From an uncultured Gammaproteobacteria bacterium (GTDB taxonomy: Bacteria > Pseudomonadota > Gammaproteobacteria > Pseudomonadales > JAHEGP01): a stretch of DNA of 64,000 nucleotides. The DNA is taken from the NCBI GenBank assembly GCA_963792875.1, contig CAWBXV010000002.1, positions 918,335 to 982,334 of the forward strand, written 5' to 3'. Shown here piece after piece: positions 9,752 to 18,012 of the stretch. The position numbers and the translations under genes are program-made. The stretch's first letter is position 1. Every line of letters begins with the position of its first letter. The notes under the pieces were generated by a model. It was not told the DNA's origin. It did no database searches and worked only from the letters and a program-made list of their open reading frames with translations.

Positions 9752-11524
9752 ATGTACCATAGCTACTTCGGGCTACGTGAGCCCCCTTTTTCAATCGCGG
9801 TCGATCCGCGCTATCTCTTCATGAGCGAGCGCCACCGCGACGCGCTTGCGCACCTGCTGTACGGCGTCGGCGTCGGCGGGGGGTTCATCCTGCTTACCGG
9901 CGAAGTGGGTACCGGTAAAACCACCATCAATCGCTGCCTGTTGGAACAGCTCCCTGCGCACACCGACGTCGCATTGATTCTCAATCCGGCGCTCGACGCC
10001 GTCGGGCTGCTGTCTGCGATCTGCGACGAACTGGCGATGGTGTACTCTGAGCGGGAGCACACCCTCAAGGGCCTGACCGATCGCCTGCATGGCTTCCTGC
10101 TCGACAACCATCAGCGTGGGCGCAACACCGTGCTGCTGATCGACGAAGCCCAGCACCTCAAGCCCGAGGTGCTCGAGCAGATCCGCCTGCTGACCAACCT
10201 GGAGACCAGTACACAGAAACTGCTGCAGATTATTCTGGTGGGGCAGCCGGAGTTAAAGGCCGTGCTCGATAGACCGGAGTTGCGGCAGCTGTCGCAGCGC
10301 ATTACGGCACGTTATCAGCTCAGGCCGCTGACCTTGCAGGAAACACGGGACTATATCGAACATCGCCTGCAGGTCGCCGGCCTGCCCGCCGGGCAGACGC
10401 TGTTTCCCCCCCGCGTCATCAAGCAGCTCCATCGGGAGAGCGGCGGTATCCCCCGGCTCATCAACGTCTATTGTGACAGGGCGCTGCTGGGGGCCTATGG
10501 ACGGCACCAGCGGTCGGTCGATATGGCCATGCTGCGCCAGGCGCTGCGCGAAGTGCGGGGCGAGGATTTCGCGCGCCAACCGTTTCCCTGGATGCGGCCG
10601 GCGCTGGCAGGCGCCGCCCTGCTGGCGCTGGTCGGAGCCGCGGCTTGGTGGCGCCACCAGCCCCCCCCGGGTGTGGACCCATCGCTGGCCGCGACGGCAA
10701 TTGTTGAGGGTCCAAGCGTCGTGGTCGACCGATCGGCACCGGTGATTGAGCCGCCGCAGGCTGAGGCGGCGGAAGCCGCGCCGACCGAGCAGGCGGAGCT
10801 CGCGCAGCAACCGTCAGTGACGCAGGCGGCGCCCGCTGCCGCGGAGCCCTCGGCTGCCGCCGGCGCCTCGCCCGCGCGCCCGCAGCGACCTGCTGCGGCG
10901 TCAGTGGCCCCGGCGGTCCCGCTGCGCGGCACCCGGGCGCAGACGCTCGCTGCCTTGCTGCAGCGTCAGGGCGACCTTGCCGACGCTGTAGACAATCCCT
11001 GCGCTGCGCTGGCTCGACAGGACTGGCGCTGCGAAGACCTCATTCTGGAGGACTGGTCCGGATTGCTGGCGATCAACCGTCCCGTGGCGCTGCAGTTGCG
11101 CGAGGATGACGGCCGGGTGAAATGGGTGGCACTGACCGGGATCGAGGCAGAGGACGGCCTGTTCCTGGCCGAGCAGGGGCTGGTCAGGGTGCCGCTGCAG
11201 CAGGTGGGGGAGCAGTGGACGGGAGCGCTCACCTTGCCCTGGAGAGCGCCACCGGGCTTCAGCAGTGCGCTGGTGCCGGGTAGCCGGGGCGCGACGGTCG
11301 CGTGGCTATCGGAGAGTTTTGCGAAGCTGGATGGCCAGGCGAGCGGCCTGGCCGACGGTGTCTATAACGAGCTGCTGGAACAGCGGGTGCGGATGTTTCA
11401 GCGCCAGGAGAGGCTGCGCGTCGATGGCATCGCCGGCCTCGCTACCCTGCTGAGAGTGGATCAGCGCCTCGGTAATGGCCATCTGCTGGTGAAGGATGTG
11501 GTCGCTGGCGGGGGGGCGGGCTGA
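9752..11524 (+). CDS. exeA: ExeA/GspA-type AAA ATPase with C-terminal peptidoglycan-binding domain
   Basis: The N-terminus MYHSYFGLREPPFSIAVDPRYLF and the Walker A motif GEVGTGKTT are present, with LLIDEAQ as the Walker B-like motif. An Ala/Pro-rich linker, a TM segment and a PG_binding_1-like end (FQRQERLRVDGIAGLATL) follow. Confidence 0.85.
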   Translation: MYHSYFGLREPPFSIAVDPRYLFMSERHRDALAHLLYGVGVGGGFILLTGEVGTGKTTINRCLLEQLPAHTDVALILNPALDAVGLLSAICDELAMVYSEREHTLKGLTDRLHGFLLDNHQRGRNTVLLIDEAQHLKPEVLEQIRLLTNLETSTQKLLQIILVGQPELKAVLDRPELRQLSQRITARYQLRPLTLQETRDYIEHRLQVAGLPAGQTLFPPRVIKQLHRESGGIPRLINVYCDRALLGAYGRHQRSVDMAMLRQALREVRGEDFARQPFPWMRPALAGAALLALVGAAAWWRHQPPPGVDPSLAATAIVEGPSVVVDRSAPVIEPPQAEAAEAAPTEQAELAQQPSVTQAAPAAAEPSAAAGASPARPQRPAAASVAPAVPLRGTRAQTLAALLQRQGDLADAVDNPCAALARQDWRCEDLILEDWSGLLAINRPVALQLREDDGRVKWVALTGIEAEDGLFLAEQGLVRVPLQQVGEQWTGALTLPWRAPPGFSSALVPGSRGATVAWLSESFAKLDGQASGLADGVYNELLEQRVRMFQRQERLRVDGIAGLATLLRVDQRLGNGHLLVKDVVAGGGAG

Positions 11525-12354
11525 TGTCGCTGATACTGGATGCGCTCAATCGCTCCGAGCGCGAGCGCCGGGAATCCGACCGCGTGCCCAGTCTGCAGTC
11601 GGTACACGCTCCTGCCCGGGAGCAGCGCCACCAGCCAAACCAGCGCCGCCGCGTCGAGCGCTGGCTGCTCGTGCTGGTGCTGGCGATTCTCAGTGTGGAT
11701 TTTATCGTGGGGCGCTGGCAGCGACGCACGGCGGAGGTGGAATCGGCGCCCACACCGCATGCCGCTTCCCGCGGGGAGCTGGCACCGCCGCCTGCGGTCA
11801 GCGGCGCTGCGCCAGGCCGGCCTCCCCGGGAGGAGGCAGAGGTGGCGACAGAGGTGGCGACAGAGGTGGAGGCAGAGGTGGAGGCAGAGGCGGCGCCCAA
11901 GCCAGATCTGGCGGCAGACGTCGCCCAGAAGCGCGAAATCGAGGCGCTCTACCGCGGTCAGATACTGCAACCGCGCGTTGAGCCTGAACCACAGACGCAA
12001 CCCCGGCGGCGCCCCCCGGCAGCGCAAGCGCCCGGTGATGGGGACATCGCAGCGCTGCTGGCGCGGGCAAAGGCGCCCGACGCGAATGCTGCGAATCCGT
12101 ATCTGTCGGTGCCGTACATTACCGAGCTGCCGGCCGAAGTGCGCAGCCGGATTCCGACGCTGAATTATTCAGAGCACAATCTGGGCAGGGTCGCCGGTGA
12201 ACATCGCGTCAGAATCAATGGCCAGCTGCTGGCGGCGGGACAGACGCTGCCCAATGATCTCAAGGTGTTGGCCATCTATCCCGAGGGCGTCATCCTGAGC
12301 TTTCAGGGCACCCGGTTCCGCCTGGAGGCACTCAATCGCTGGGTGAACTTCTGA
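11524..12354 (+). CDS. gspB: general secretion pathway protein B (GspB/ExeB-like)
   Basis: The start overlaps the exeA stop (CTGATG). The N-terminus MSLILDALNRSERER, a TM helix and the C-terminal T2SSB-like motif (RVRINGQLLAAGQTL...GVILSFQGTRFRL) all match the family. Confidence 0.75.
   Translation: MSLILDALNRSERERRESDRVPSLQSVHAPAREQRHQPNQRRRVERWLLVLVLAILSVDFIVGRWQRRTAEVESAPTPHAASRGELAPPPAVSGAAPGRPPREEAEVATEVATEVEAEVEAEAAPKPDLAADVAQKREIEALYRGQILQPRVEPEPQTQPRRRPPAAQAPGDGDIAALLARAKAPDANAANPYLSVPYITELPAEVRSRIPTLNYSEHNLGRVAGEHRVRINGQLLAAGQTLPNDLKVLAIYPEGVILSFQGTRFRLEALNRWVNF
11836..11895 (+). repeat. in-frame 12-bp tandem repeat (about 5 units, RCAGAGGTGGMG) inside gspB
   Basis: The units GCAGAGGTGGCG, ACAGAGGTGGCG, ACAGAGGTGGAG, GCAGAGGTGGAG and GCAGAGGCGGCG encode AEVATEVATEVEAEVEAEAA. 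Confidence 0.9.
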
Positions 12355-12372
12355 CGCGGGACCGGCGGCAGC

Positions 12373-13572
12373 TCACAGGGTGAGAGAGAGCTCGAGAGCG
12401 CCGCCAAAGGTGTCGGAACGTCCGAAAAAGCCCGTCAGATCGATGTGAAAGACATCGAAGGGTGAGAAACCGATGCCGAGGGTCGCAATGTTTTCCCGGG
12501 TATTGCGGGCGTCGTGCCGGAGGCCGGCGCGCAATTGCACCCAGTTGGCGGCGTTGAATTCCCCGCCCAGGCTCACGAACTGCGATGCGTCCAGCCCGTC
12601 GAAGCTCGAGCGGCTGTTGAGGTCGCCATCGAGGGCCAGGGTGAGGGCGTTGCTGTGGTAGGCGACGCCGAGGCTGGCATTGGGCTCGATGCGGTAGGTG
12701 GTCTGAAAGCCGTTGATCTCAAGCGTGTCGTAGTCATTGGCGATCAGATCGCGCCACATCAGGCCCAGCCTCCAGTGCGGGGCAAAGCCCCAGGCCGCGC
12801 CGACATCCATATTGAAGGCGGCACCATCGTCGCGAATATCGCCCAGGTCGATATCGTCACTGTCGAATGAGTTGGCACGCGCCACGTACAGGGCGGTATC
12901 CACGCGCTGATACTTGGGCGCGAATCCCAGCGCGAACTCGCCTGCCGGCAGCTGCCATGAGGTCGCCAGCGACAGCACGAATTCGCTGACCGCAGCCCCC
13001 AGCACCAGTCCGTACGATTGTATGTCGTCCAGCGCGCCGGGGTCGCCGCTGGCAATCGCGCCGTTGATTCTGGCCGCATCGGCGCGGTCGTATCGGGCCA
13101 CCGCGCCGCCCTCCGCCCGGCTGCGCAGGTCGATGGCGAAGGCCAGGCGCTTGCCGGGCACGGCAAAGCTGAGCCCGGCGCCCAGGGACGCCAGCACGGG
13201 GCTATCGGCGATCGTCTCCAGTGAGCCGAGGATGGCGTCGCGGGACTGCAGTGCGCCCTCGACGTCGCCCGCGATGACCTGCTGTTCCAGCAGCCCGTAC
13301 CGAGTGGAGATCGCGTCGAGGCCGTCCACGACGTCGTCCGGATCGGACACCTCGCCGGTTGCCACCGGCAGCGAAACCGCGAAGCGGTCGCCCTCTCTGA
13401 AGTCGGTCAGCAGCGCGGGGTTGGCGCGGCTGGCGGCGTCGTAATGACTGGACGCCACGCCGGCACCGCCCATGGCGAGGTTGCGGGCGCTGAAGCCGCT
13501 GGCAGACGTCGTGGATGTCAGCAGCGCCAGCGCGGCGGCGAAGCAGCAACGGTGTAAGTCAACCCTGGCCAT
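12373..13572 (-). CDS. outer-membrane beta-barrel protein, TraF_2-like family
   Basis: 399 aa with a signal peptide (ALALLTSTTSASG). The N-terminal motif ARNLAMGGAGVASSHYDAASRANPALL is typical of TraF-like OMPs. The rest alternates in a beta-strand pattern, ending ELSLTL. Confidence 0.55.
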   Translation of the reverse strand: MARVDLHRCCFAAALALLTSTTSASGFSARNLAMGGAGVASSHYDAASRANPALLTDFREGDRFAVSLPVATGEVSDPDDVVDGLDAISTRYGLLEQQVIAGDVEGALQSRDAILGSLETIADSPVLASLGAGLSFAVPGKRLAFAIDLRSRAEGGAVARYDRADAARINGAIASGDPGALDDIQSYGLVLGAAVSEFVLSLATSWQLPAGEFALGFAPKYQRVDTALYVARANSFDSDDIDLGDIRDDGAAFNMDVGAAWGFAPHWRLGLMWRDLIANDYDTLEINGFQTTYRIEPNASLGVAYHSNALTLALDGDLNSRSSFDGLDASQFVSLGGEFNAANWVQLRAGLRHDARNTRENIATLGIGFSPFDVFHIDLTGFFGRSDTFGGALELSLTL

Positions 13573-13696
13573 ATGTCTCCCTGCTTCTGACGGCTGTCTA
13601 TCAAGTCTAGGCCGGCCCAGTCGGGTCCGCCTGCTTCGTTTCCCCCAGGGCGTCAGCGGGGCTGTCGCCTGGCTGGTGGCCGGCAGGGGAACCCGG

Positions 13697-15121
13697 TCAG
13701 GTCACCAGGCCCGGTACGGACTTGATCTCGAGATATTCTTCGAGGCCGTAGCTGCCCCACTCGCGGCCGTTGCCGGACTGCTTGTAGCCACCAAAGGGCG
13801 CCTGCGGGTCGAGCGTGGCGCCGTTGATGGACACAACGCCCGCGCGCAGCCGCCTGGCGAGGCGGCTCGCAACGGCAGGGTCGCCCTGGACGTAGGCAGC
13901 CAGCCCGTAGCGCGTGTCATTGGCCAGAGCGATGGCCTCCTCTTCGTCCTGGTAGGGGATGATGGCCAGTACCGGCCCGAAAATCTCCTCTCGGGCGATG
14001 GTCATGGCGCTATTGACCGGACTGAATACCGTGGGCTGGACGAAATACCCCCGCCGCAGCCCAGGCGGCCGCCCCGGGCCCCCCGTGACGAGCCGCGCGC
14101 CCTCCGCCAGCCCCTGGGCGATCAGCTGCTGTATCGCGTCGTACTGGGACCGGCAGACCACGGGCCCGAGGGTGGTGGCCGCGTCGGCGGGGTCGCCCGG
14201 CTTCAGGTCGCGGGCGGCGCGGGTGGCTATGGCCGCGGCCTCATCCACGCGCGCGGCGGGAACCAGCATGCGGGAGGGTGCCGTGCAGGTCTGCCCGCTA
14301 TTGTTGAAGCAGCGCTGCACGCCGGCGGTCACGGCAAGCTCCAGGTCAGCGCTGGTCAGAATGATATTGGGCGATTTGCCGCCGAGCTCCTGGGTGACCC
14401 GCTTGATGGTGCTGGCGGCATTGGTGGCAACGGCTACGCCGGCGCGGGTGGAGCCTGTGAAGGATACCATGTCGACCCCCTCATGACGGCTGAGTGGCAC
14501 GCCCGCATCGGGCCCATCGCCGTTGACCAGGTTGAACACTCCCGGCGGCACGCCGGCGGCATGCATGATCTGGGCGAAAATGACTGCTGAAACCGGCGTG
14601 CGTTCGGAGGGCTTCAGCACCATCGTGCAGCCCGCTGCCAACGCTGGACCGACCTTGCAGGCTATCTGGTTCAGCGGCCAGTTCCAGGGCGTTATCAGGC
14701 CGCAGACGCCGATGGGCTCCTTGAGCACGACGGTGTCGCCGCGGCGCTCCTCGAAGGGATAGTCGCGCAGCACCGTGAGCGCGGTCTCCAGGTGCTGTCG
14801 TCCCAGGGGCACCTGGGCCTTGCGCGCCAGGCTGATCGGGCAGCCCATCTCCTCACAGAGGGCCAGCGCCAGCTCTTCCTGCCGCGCCGCGTACTGATCG
14901 ATGATGCGCTGCAGGAGTGCGCAGCGCTCCAGGCGGCTGCTGCGGGAAAAATCGTCAAAGGCCTCGCGGGCTGCGCGCACCGCGGCGTCGACCTCCGCGC
15001 TGCCGCCGGCGGCAATGACTGCCAGCGGCTCCTCCGTGGCCGGATTGGTGACGGTGAACGATCGGGGGCGGGCAGAGGCAAGCCACTGGCCACCGATGTA
15101 GTGATGCGGGTAGTGGCGCAT
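13697..15121 (-). CDS. NAD(P)+-dependent aldehyde dehydrogenase
   Basis: 474 aa carrying ALDH family motifs: FTGSTRAG, ELGGKSP, and a catalytic Cys in FNSGQTCTAPSR. Confidence 0.9.
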   Translation of the reverse strand: MRHYPHHYIGGQWLASARPRSFTVTNPATEEPLAVIAAGGSAEVDAAVRAAREAFDDFSRSSRLERCALLQRIIDQYAARQEELALALCEEMGCPISLARKAQVPLGRQHLETALTVLRDYPFEERRGDTVVLKEPIGVCGLITPWNWPLNQIACKVGPALAAGCTMVLKPSERTPVSAVIFAQIMHAAGVPPGVFNLVNGDGPDAGVPLSRHEGVDMVSFTGSTRAGVAVATNAASTIKRVTQELGGKSPNIILTSADLELAVTAGVQRCFNNSGQTCTAPSRMLVPAARVDEAAAIATRAARDLKPGDPADAATTLGPVVCRSQYDAIQQLIAQGLAEGARLVTGGPGRPPGLRRGYFVQPTVFSPVNSAMTIAREEIFGPVLAIIPYQDEEEAIALANDTRYGLAAYVQGDPAVASRLARRLRAGVVSINGATLDPQAPFGGYKQSGNGREWGSYGLEEYLEIKSVPGLVT

Positions 15122-15148
15122 AGCGGCGCGTTCCTCTGCTGGTGTGGC

Positions 15149-17101
15149 TCAGATCTCGAGTTCCGGCCGGTCCCGGAATTGCTCCAGCGCCTCAGGATTG
15201 GCCAGGGCATCCCGATTGCCGACCGGCCTGCCGTGAACCACTTCGCGCACGGCCAGCTCGACGATCTTGCCGCTGATGGTGCGCGGGATGGCGGTGACCT
15301 GCACGATGCGTGCCGGCACATGGCGCGGGCTGGCATGGCGGCGCATCCGCTCGGCGATGCGGCGCCGCAGGTCGTCGTCCAGCGCCAACCCTTGCCGCAG
15401 CACGACGAACAGGACGATGCGGGTATCGCCCTGCCATTCCTGGCCGATGACCAGGGCGTCGGTGACGGCCTCGATGGCCTCGAGTTGGCGGTAGATCTCC
15501 GCAGTGCCGATGCGCACGCCACCGGGGTTGAGCACGGCGTCGGAGCGGCCGTGGATGATCATGCCGCCGTGGCTGGTGATCTCGCCATAGTCGCCATGCG
15601 CCCAAGCGTCGGCGAAGCGCTCGAAATAGGCCCGCCGGAAGCGGCTGCCGTCAGGGTCGTTCCAGAAGCCCAGCGGGCAGCTCGGAAAGGCCCTCGTGCA
15701 GACCAGTTCGCCCTTGCGCTGGCGCAGGCTGTCGCCCCGTTCATCCCGTATTTCGACCGCCATGCCAAGCCCGGGGCACTGGATTTCACCGGCATAGACC
15801 GGCAGGGTCGGATTGCCCAGCACAAAGCAGGAGATGATATCCGTGCCGCCGGAGATGGACGCCAACAGCAGGTCGGGCTTGAATGCCTCATACACCCAGG
15901 CAAAGCACTCGGCGGACAGGGGCGACCCGGTCGACAGCAGGGTCTGCAGGGAATCCAGGCGGTGGGAGCGGCGCGGCTGCAGGCCGGACTTTTTCAGCGC
16001 GCCCAGATAGCCCGCGCTGGCGCCGAACACGGTGATGTTCTCGTCATCGATGGCATCGACCAGCCGTGACCCGTCGCGCGCCATGGGCGAACCATCGTAG
16101 AGCACCAGGGTGCACCCGGATGCCAGGCCGGAAGCGAGCCAGTTCCACATCATCCAGCCGCAGGTCGTGAAATAGAACAGCACATCCTCGCGCCGGATAT
16201 CGGTATGCAGCTGGTGTTCCTTGAGGTGCTGCAGCAGCGTGCCGCCGGCCCCGTGCAGGATGCACTTGGGCGCACCGGTGGTGCCGGACGAGTAGAGAAT
16301 GAACAGGGGCTGATCGAACGGCAGCTGTGCGAACGCCAGCGGCGCCGGCGCCGCCATGCGGCAGAAGGCGTCGTAGGGCACGCTGGCGCGGATCGCCCCC
16401 AGGTCGGCGTCCTGCGCCAGTACCGGTACCACGATGACGCGCTCGATGGCGGGAATGCGGTCGGCGATGTCGGCAAGCCGCTCACGGATGTCGATGGCCT
16501 TGCCCTGGTAGACATAGCCGTCCGCGGCGAACAGCAGCCGCGGTTCGATCTGTCCGAAGCGATCCATGATGCCGCTGGCGCCGAAATCCGGCGAGCAGGA
16601 GGACCACACCGCCCCGATGCTGGCGCTGGCCAGCATGGCGATGATCGCCTCGGGGATGTTGGGCAGGATGGCGGCCACGCGATCGCCAGCCTGCACGCCG
16701 TGAGCGCGCAGGGCGGCGGCGAGGCGCTCGACCTCGAGGTACAGCGCGGCGTAGGTGAGCACGCGGCGCCCGCCGTCTTCGGTGAGCGCGACCAGGGCGG
16801 GGCGCTCGTCGCGAAAGCGCAGCAGGTTCTGGGCGTAGTTCAGGCGGCTGCCGACGAACCAGCGCGCCCCCGGCAGCTGCTCGCCGTGCTCCAGTACGGT
16901 GTCACAGCCCCGCGAGCAGACCACATCGCAGTAGTCCCACAGTTCGCTCCAGAAGGCCGCGCGTTCATCGATGGACCAGCGGTGCAGTGCCGCGTAGTCG
17001 GGCAGCGCCAGCCCGTAGCGGCCGCGAATGCGCTCCGTGAAGGCGGTGATGCGAGCGTTGGCGACGCGCTCCGGGCCGGGCTGCCACAGCGGCGCGTTCA
17101 T
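15149..17101 (-). CDS. aacS: acetoacetyl-CoA synthetase (acetoacetate-CoA ligase)
   Basis: 650 aa. The N-terminus LWQPGPERVANARITAF...WSIDERAAFW and the AMP-binding motif YSSGTTGAPK match the family. It overlaps the upstream HMG-CoA lyase gene by 4 bp. Confidence 0.88.
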   Translation of the reverse strand: MNAPLWQPGPERVANARITAFTERIRGRYGLALPDYAALHRWSIDERAAFWSELWDYCDVVCSRGCDTVLEHGEQLPGARWFVGSRLNYAQNLLRFRDERPALVALTEDGGRRVLTYAALYLEVERLAAALRAHGVQAGDRVAAILPNIPEAIIAMLASASIGAVWSSCSPDFGASGIMDRFGQIEPRLLFAADGYVYQGKAIDIRERLADIADRIPAIERVIVVPVLAQDADLGAIRASVPYDAFCRMAAPAPLAFAQLPFDQPLFILYSSGTTGAPKCILHGAGGTLLQHLKEHQLHTDIRREDVLFYFTTCGWMMWNWLASGLASGCTLVLYDGSPMARDGSRLVDAIDDENITVFGASAGYLGALKKSGLQPRRSHRLDSLQTLLSTGSPLSAECFAWVYEAFKPDLLLASISGGTDIISCFVLGNPTLPVYAGEIQCPGLGMAVEIRDERGDSLRQRKGELVCTRAFPSCPLGFWNDPDGSRFRRAYFERFADAWAHGDYGEITSHGGMIIHGRSDAVLNPGGVRIGTAEIYRQLEAIEAVTDALVIGQEWQGDTRIVLFVVLRQGLALDDDLRRRIAERMRRHASPRHVPARIVQVTAIPRTISGKIVELAVREVVHGRPVGNRDALANPEALEQFRDRPELEI

Positions 17102-18012
17102 GTTGCAGCGCCGCTGCGGGCTTGGGCCACGCGGGATTGGCTGGGTCGGCCCAGGCAGCGGGAGATGCGATTGCCGGACGCGATGAGCGCATCCAGGCGG
17201 ATGCCCGAGTCGATGTTGAGGCCGTTCAGCATATAGACCAGATCCTCGCTGGCGACGTTGCCGCTGGCGCCGCGCGCATAGGGGCAGCCGCCCAGCCCGG
17301 CCACGGCGCTGTCGAGCACCGTGATGCCGGCCTGCAGCGCCGCGTAGATATTGGCCAGCGCCTGGCCGTAGGTGTCGTGGCAGTGCAGCGCCAGCCGGGT
17401 CAGCGGTACCCGCCGTGCACAGCTTGCGATGAGGTCGCCGATCTGGCCTGGAGTGCCCACGCCAATGGTATCGCCGAGTGAGACCTCGTAACAGCCGCTG
17501 TCGTAGAGCCGGGCCGCCAGCTCCGCCACCCCCTGCGGCGCCACCGCGCCTTCGTAGGGACAGCCGGCCACGCAGCTCACATAGCCTCTGACGCGGATGC
17601 CATCGGCGGCGGCCCGCGCCAGCACGGGGGCAAAGCGCGCCAGGCTGTCGGCGATGGAGCAGTTGATATTTTTGACGCTGAAGGTCTCCGAAGCCGCGGC
17701 GAAGACCGCCACCTCGTCGGCGCCCGCGGCGACCGCCCGCTCATAACCCTGGAGATTGGGCGTCAGCGCGGAATAGGTCACGCCGGCCTGCTTGGGCAGC
17801 CGCCGGAACAGCTCGTCGCTGCCGGCCATCTGCGGCACCCATGCCGGGTTGACGAAGCTGCCCGCCTCGATGTTGCGCAGCCCGGCGCTGGCGAGGTCGG
17901 CCAGCAGCTGCAGTTTGTCCTCGAGCGCGATGACCCGGGGCTCGTTCTGCAGGCCGTCGCGGGGACCCACCTCCACGATCCTGACCTGTTCGGGCATGGG
18001 CGTTGGCATCAC
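17098..18012 (-). CDS. liuE: hydroxymethylglutaryl-CoA lyase
   Basis: VRIVEVGPRDGLQNE, a TIM-barrel DRE motif, and HCHDTYG. It overlaps both neighbouring genes by 4 bp. Confidence 0.9.
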   Translation of the reverse strand: MMPTPMPEQVRIVEVGPRDGLQNEPRVIALEDKLQLLADLASAGLRNIEAGSFVNPAWVPQMAGSDELFRRLPKQAGVTYSALTPNLQGYERAVAAGADEVAVFAAASETFSVKNINCSIADSLARFAPVLARAAADGIRVRGYVSCVAGCPYEGAVAPQGVAELAARLYDSGCYEVSLGDTIGVGTPGQIGDLIASCARRVPLTRLALHCHDTYGQALANIYAALQAGITVLDSAVAGLGGCPYARGASGNVASEDLVYMLNGLNIDSGIRLDALIASGNRISRCLGRPSQSRVAQARSGAAT

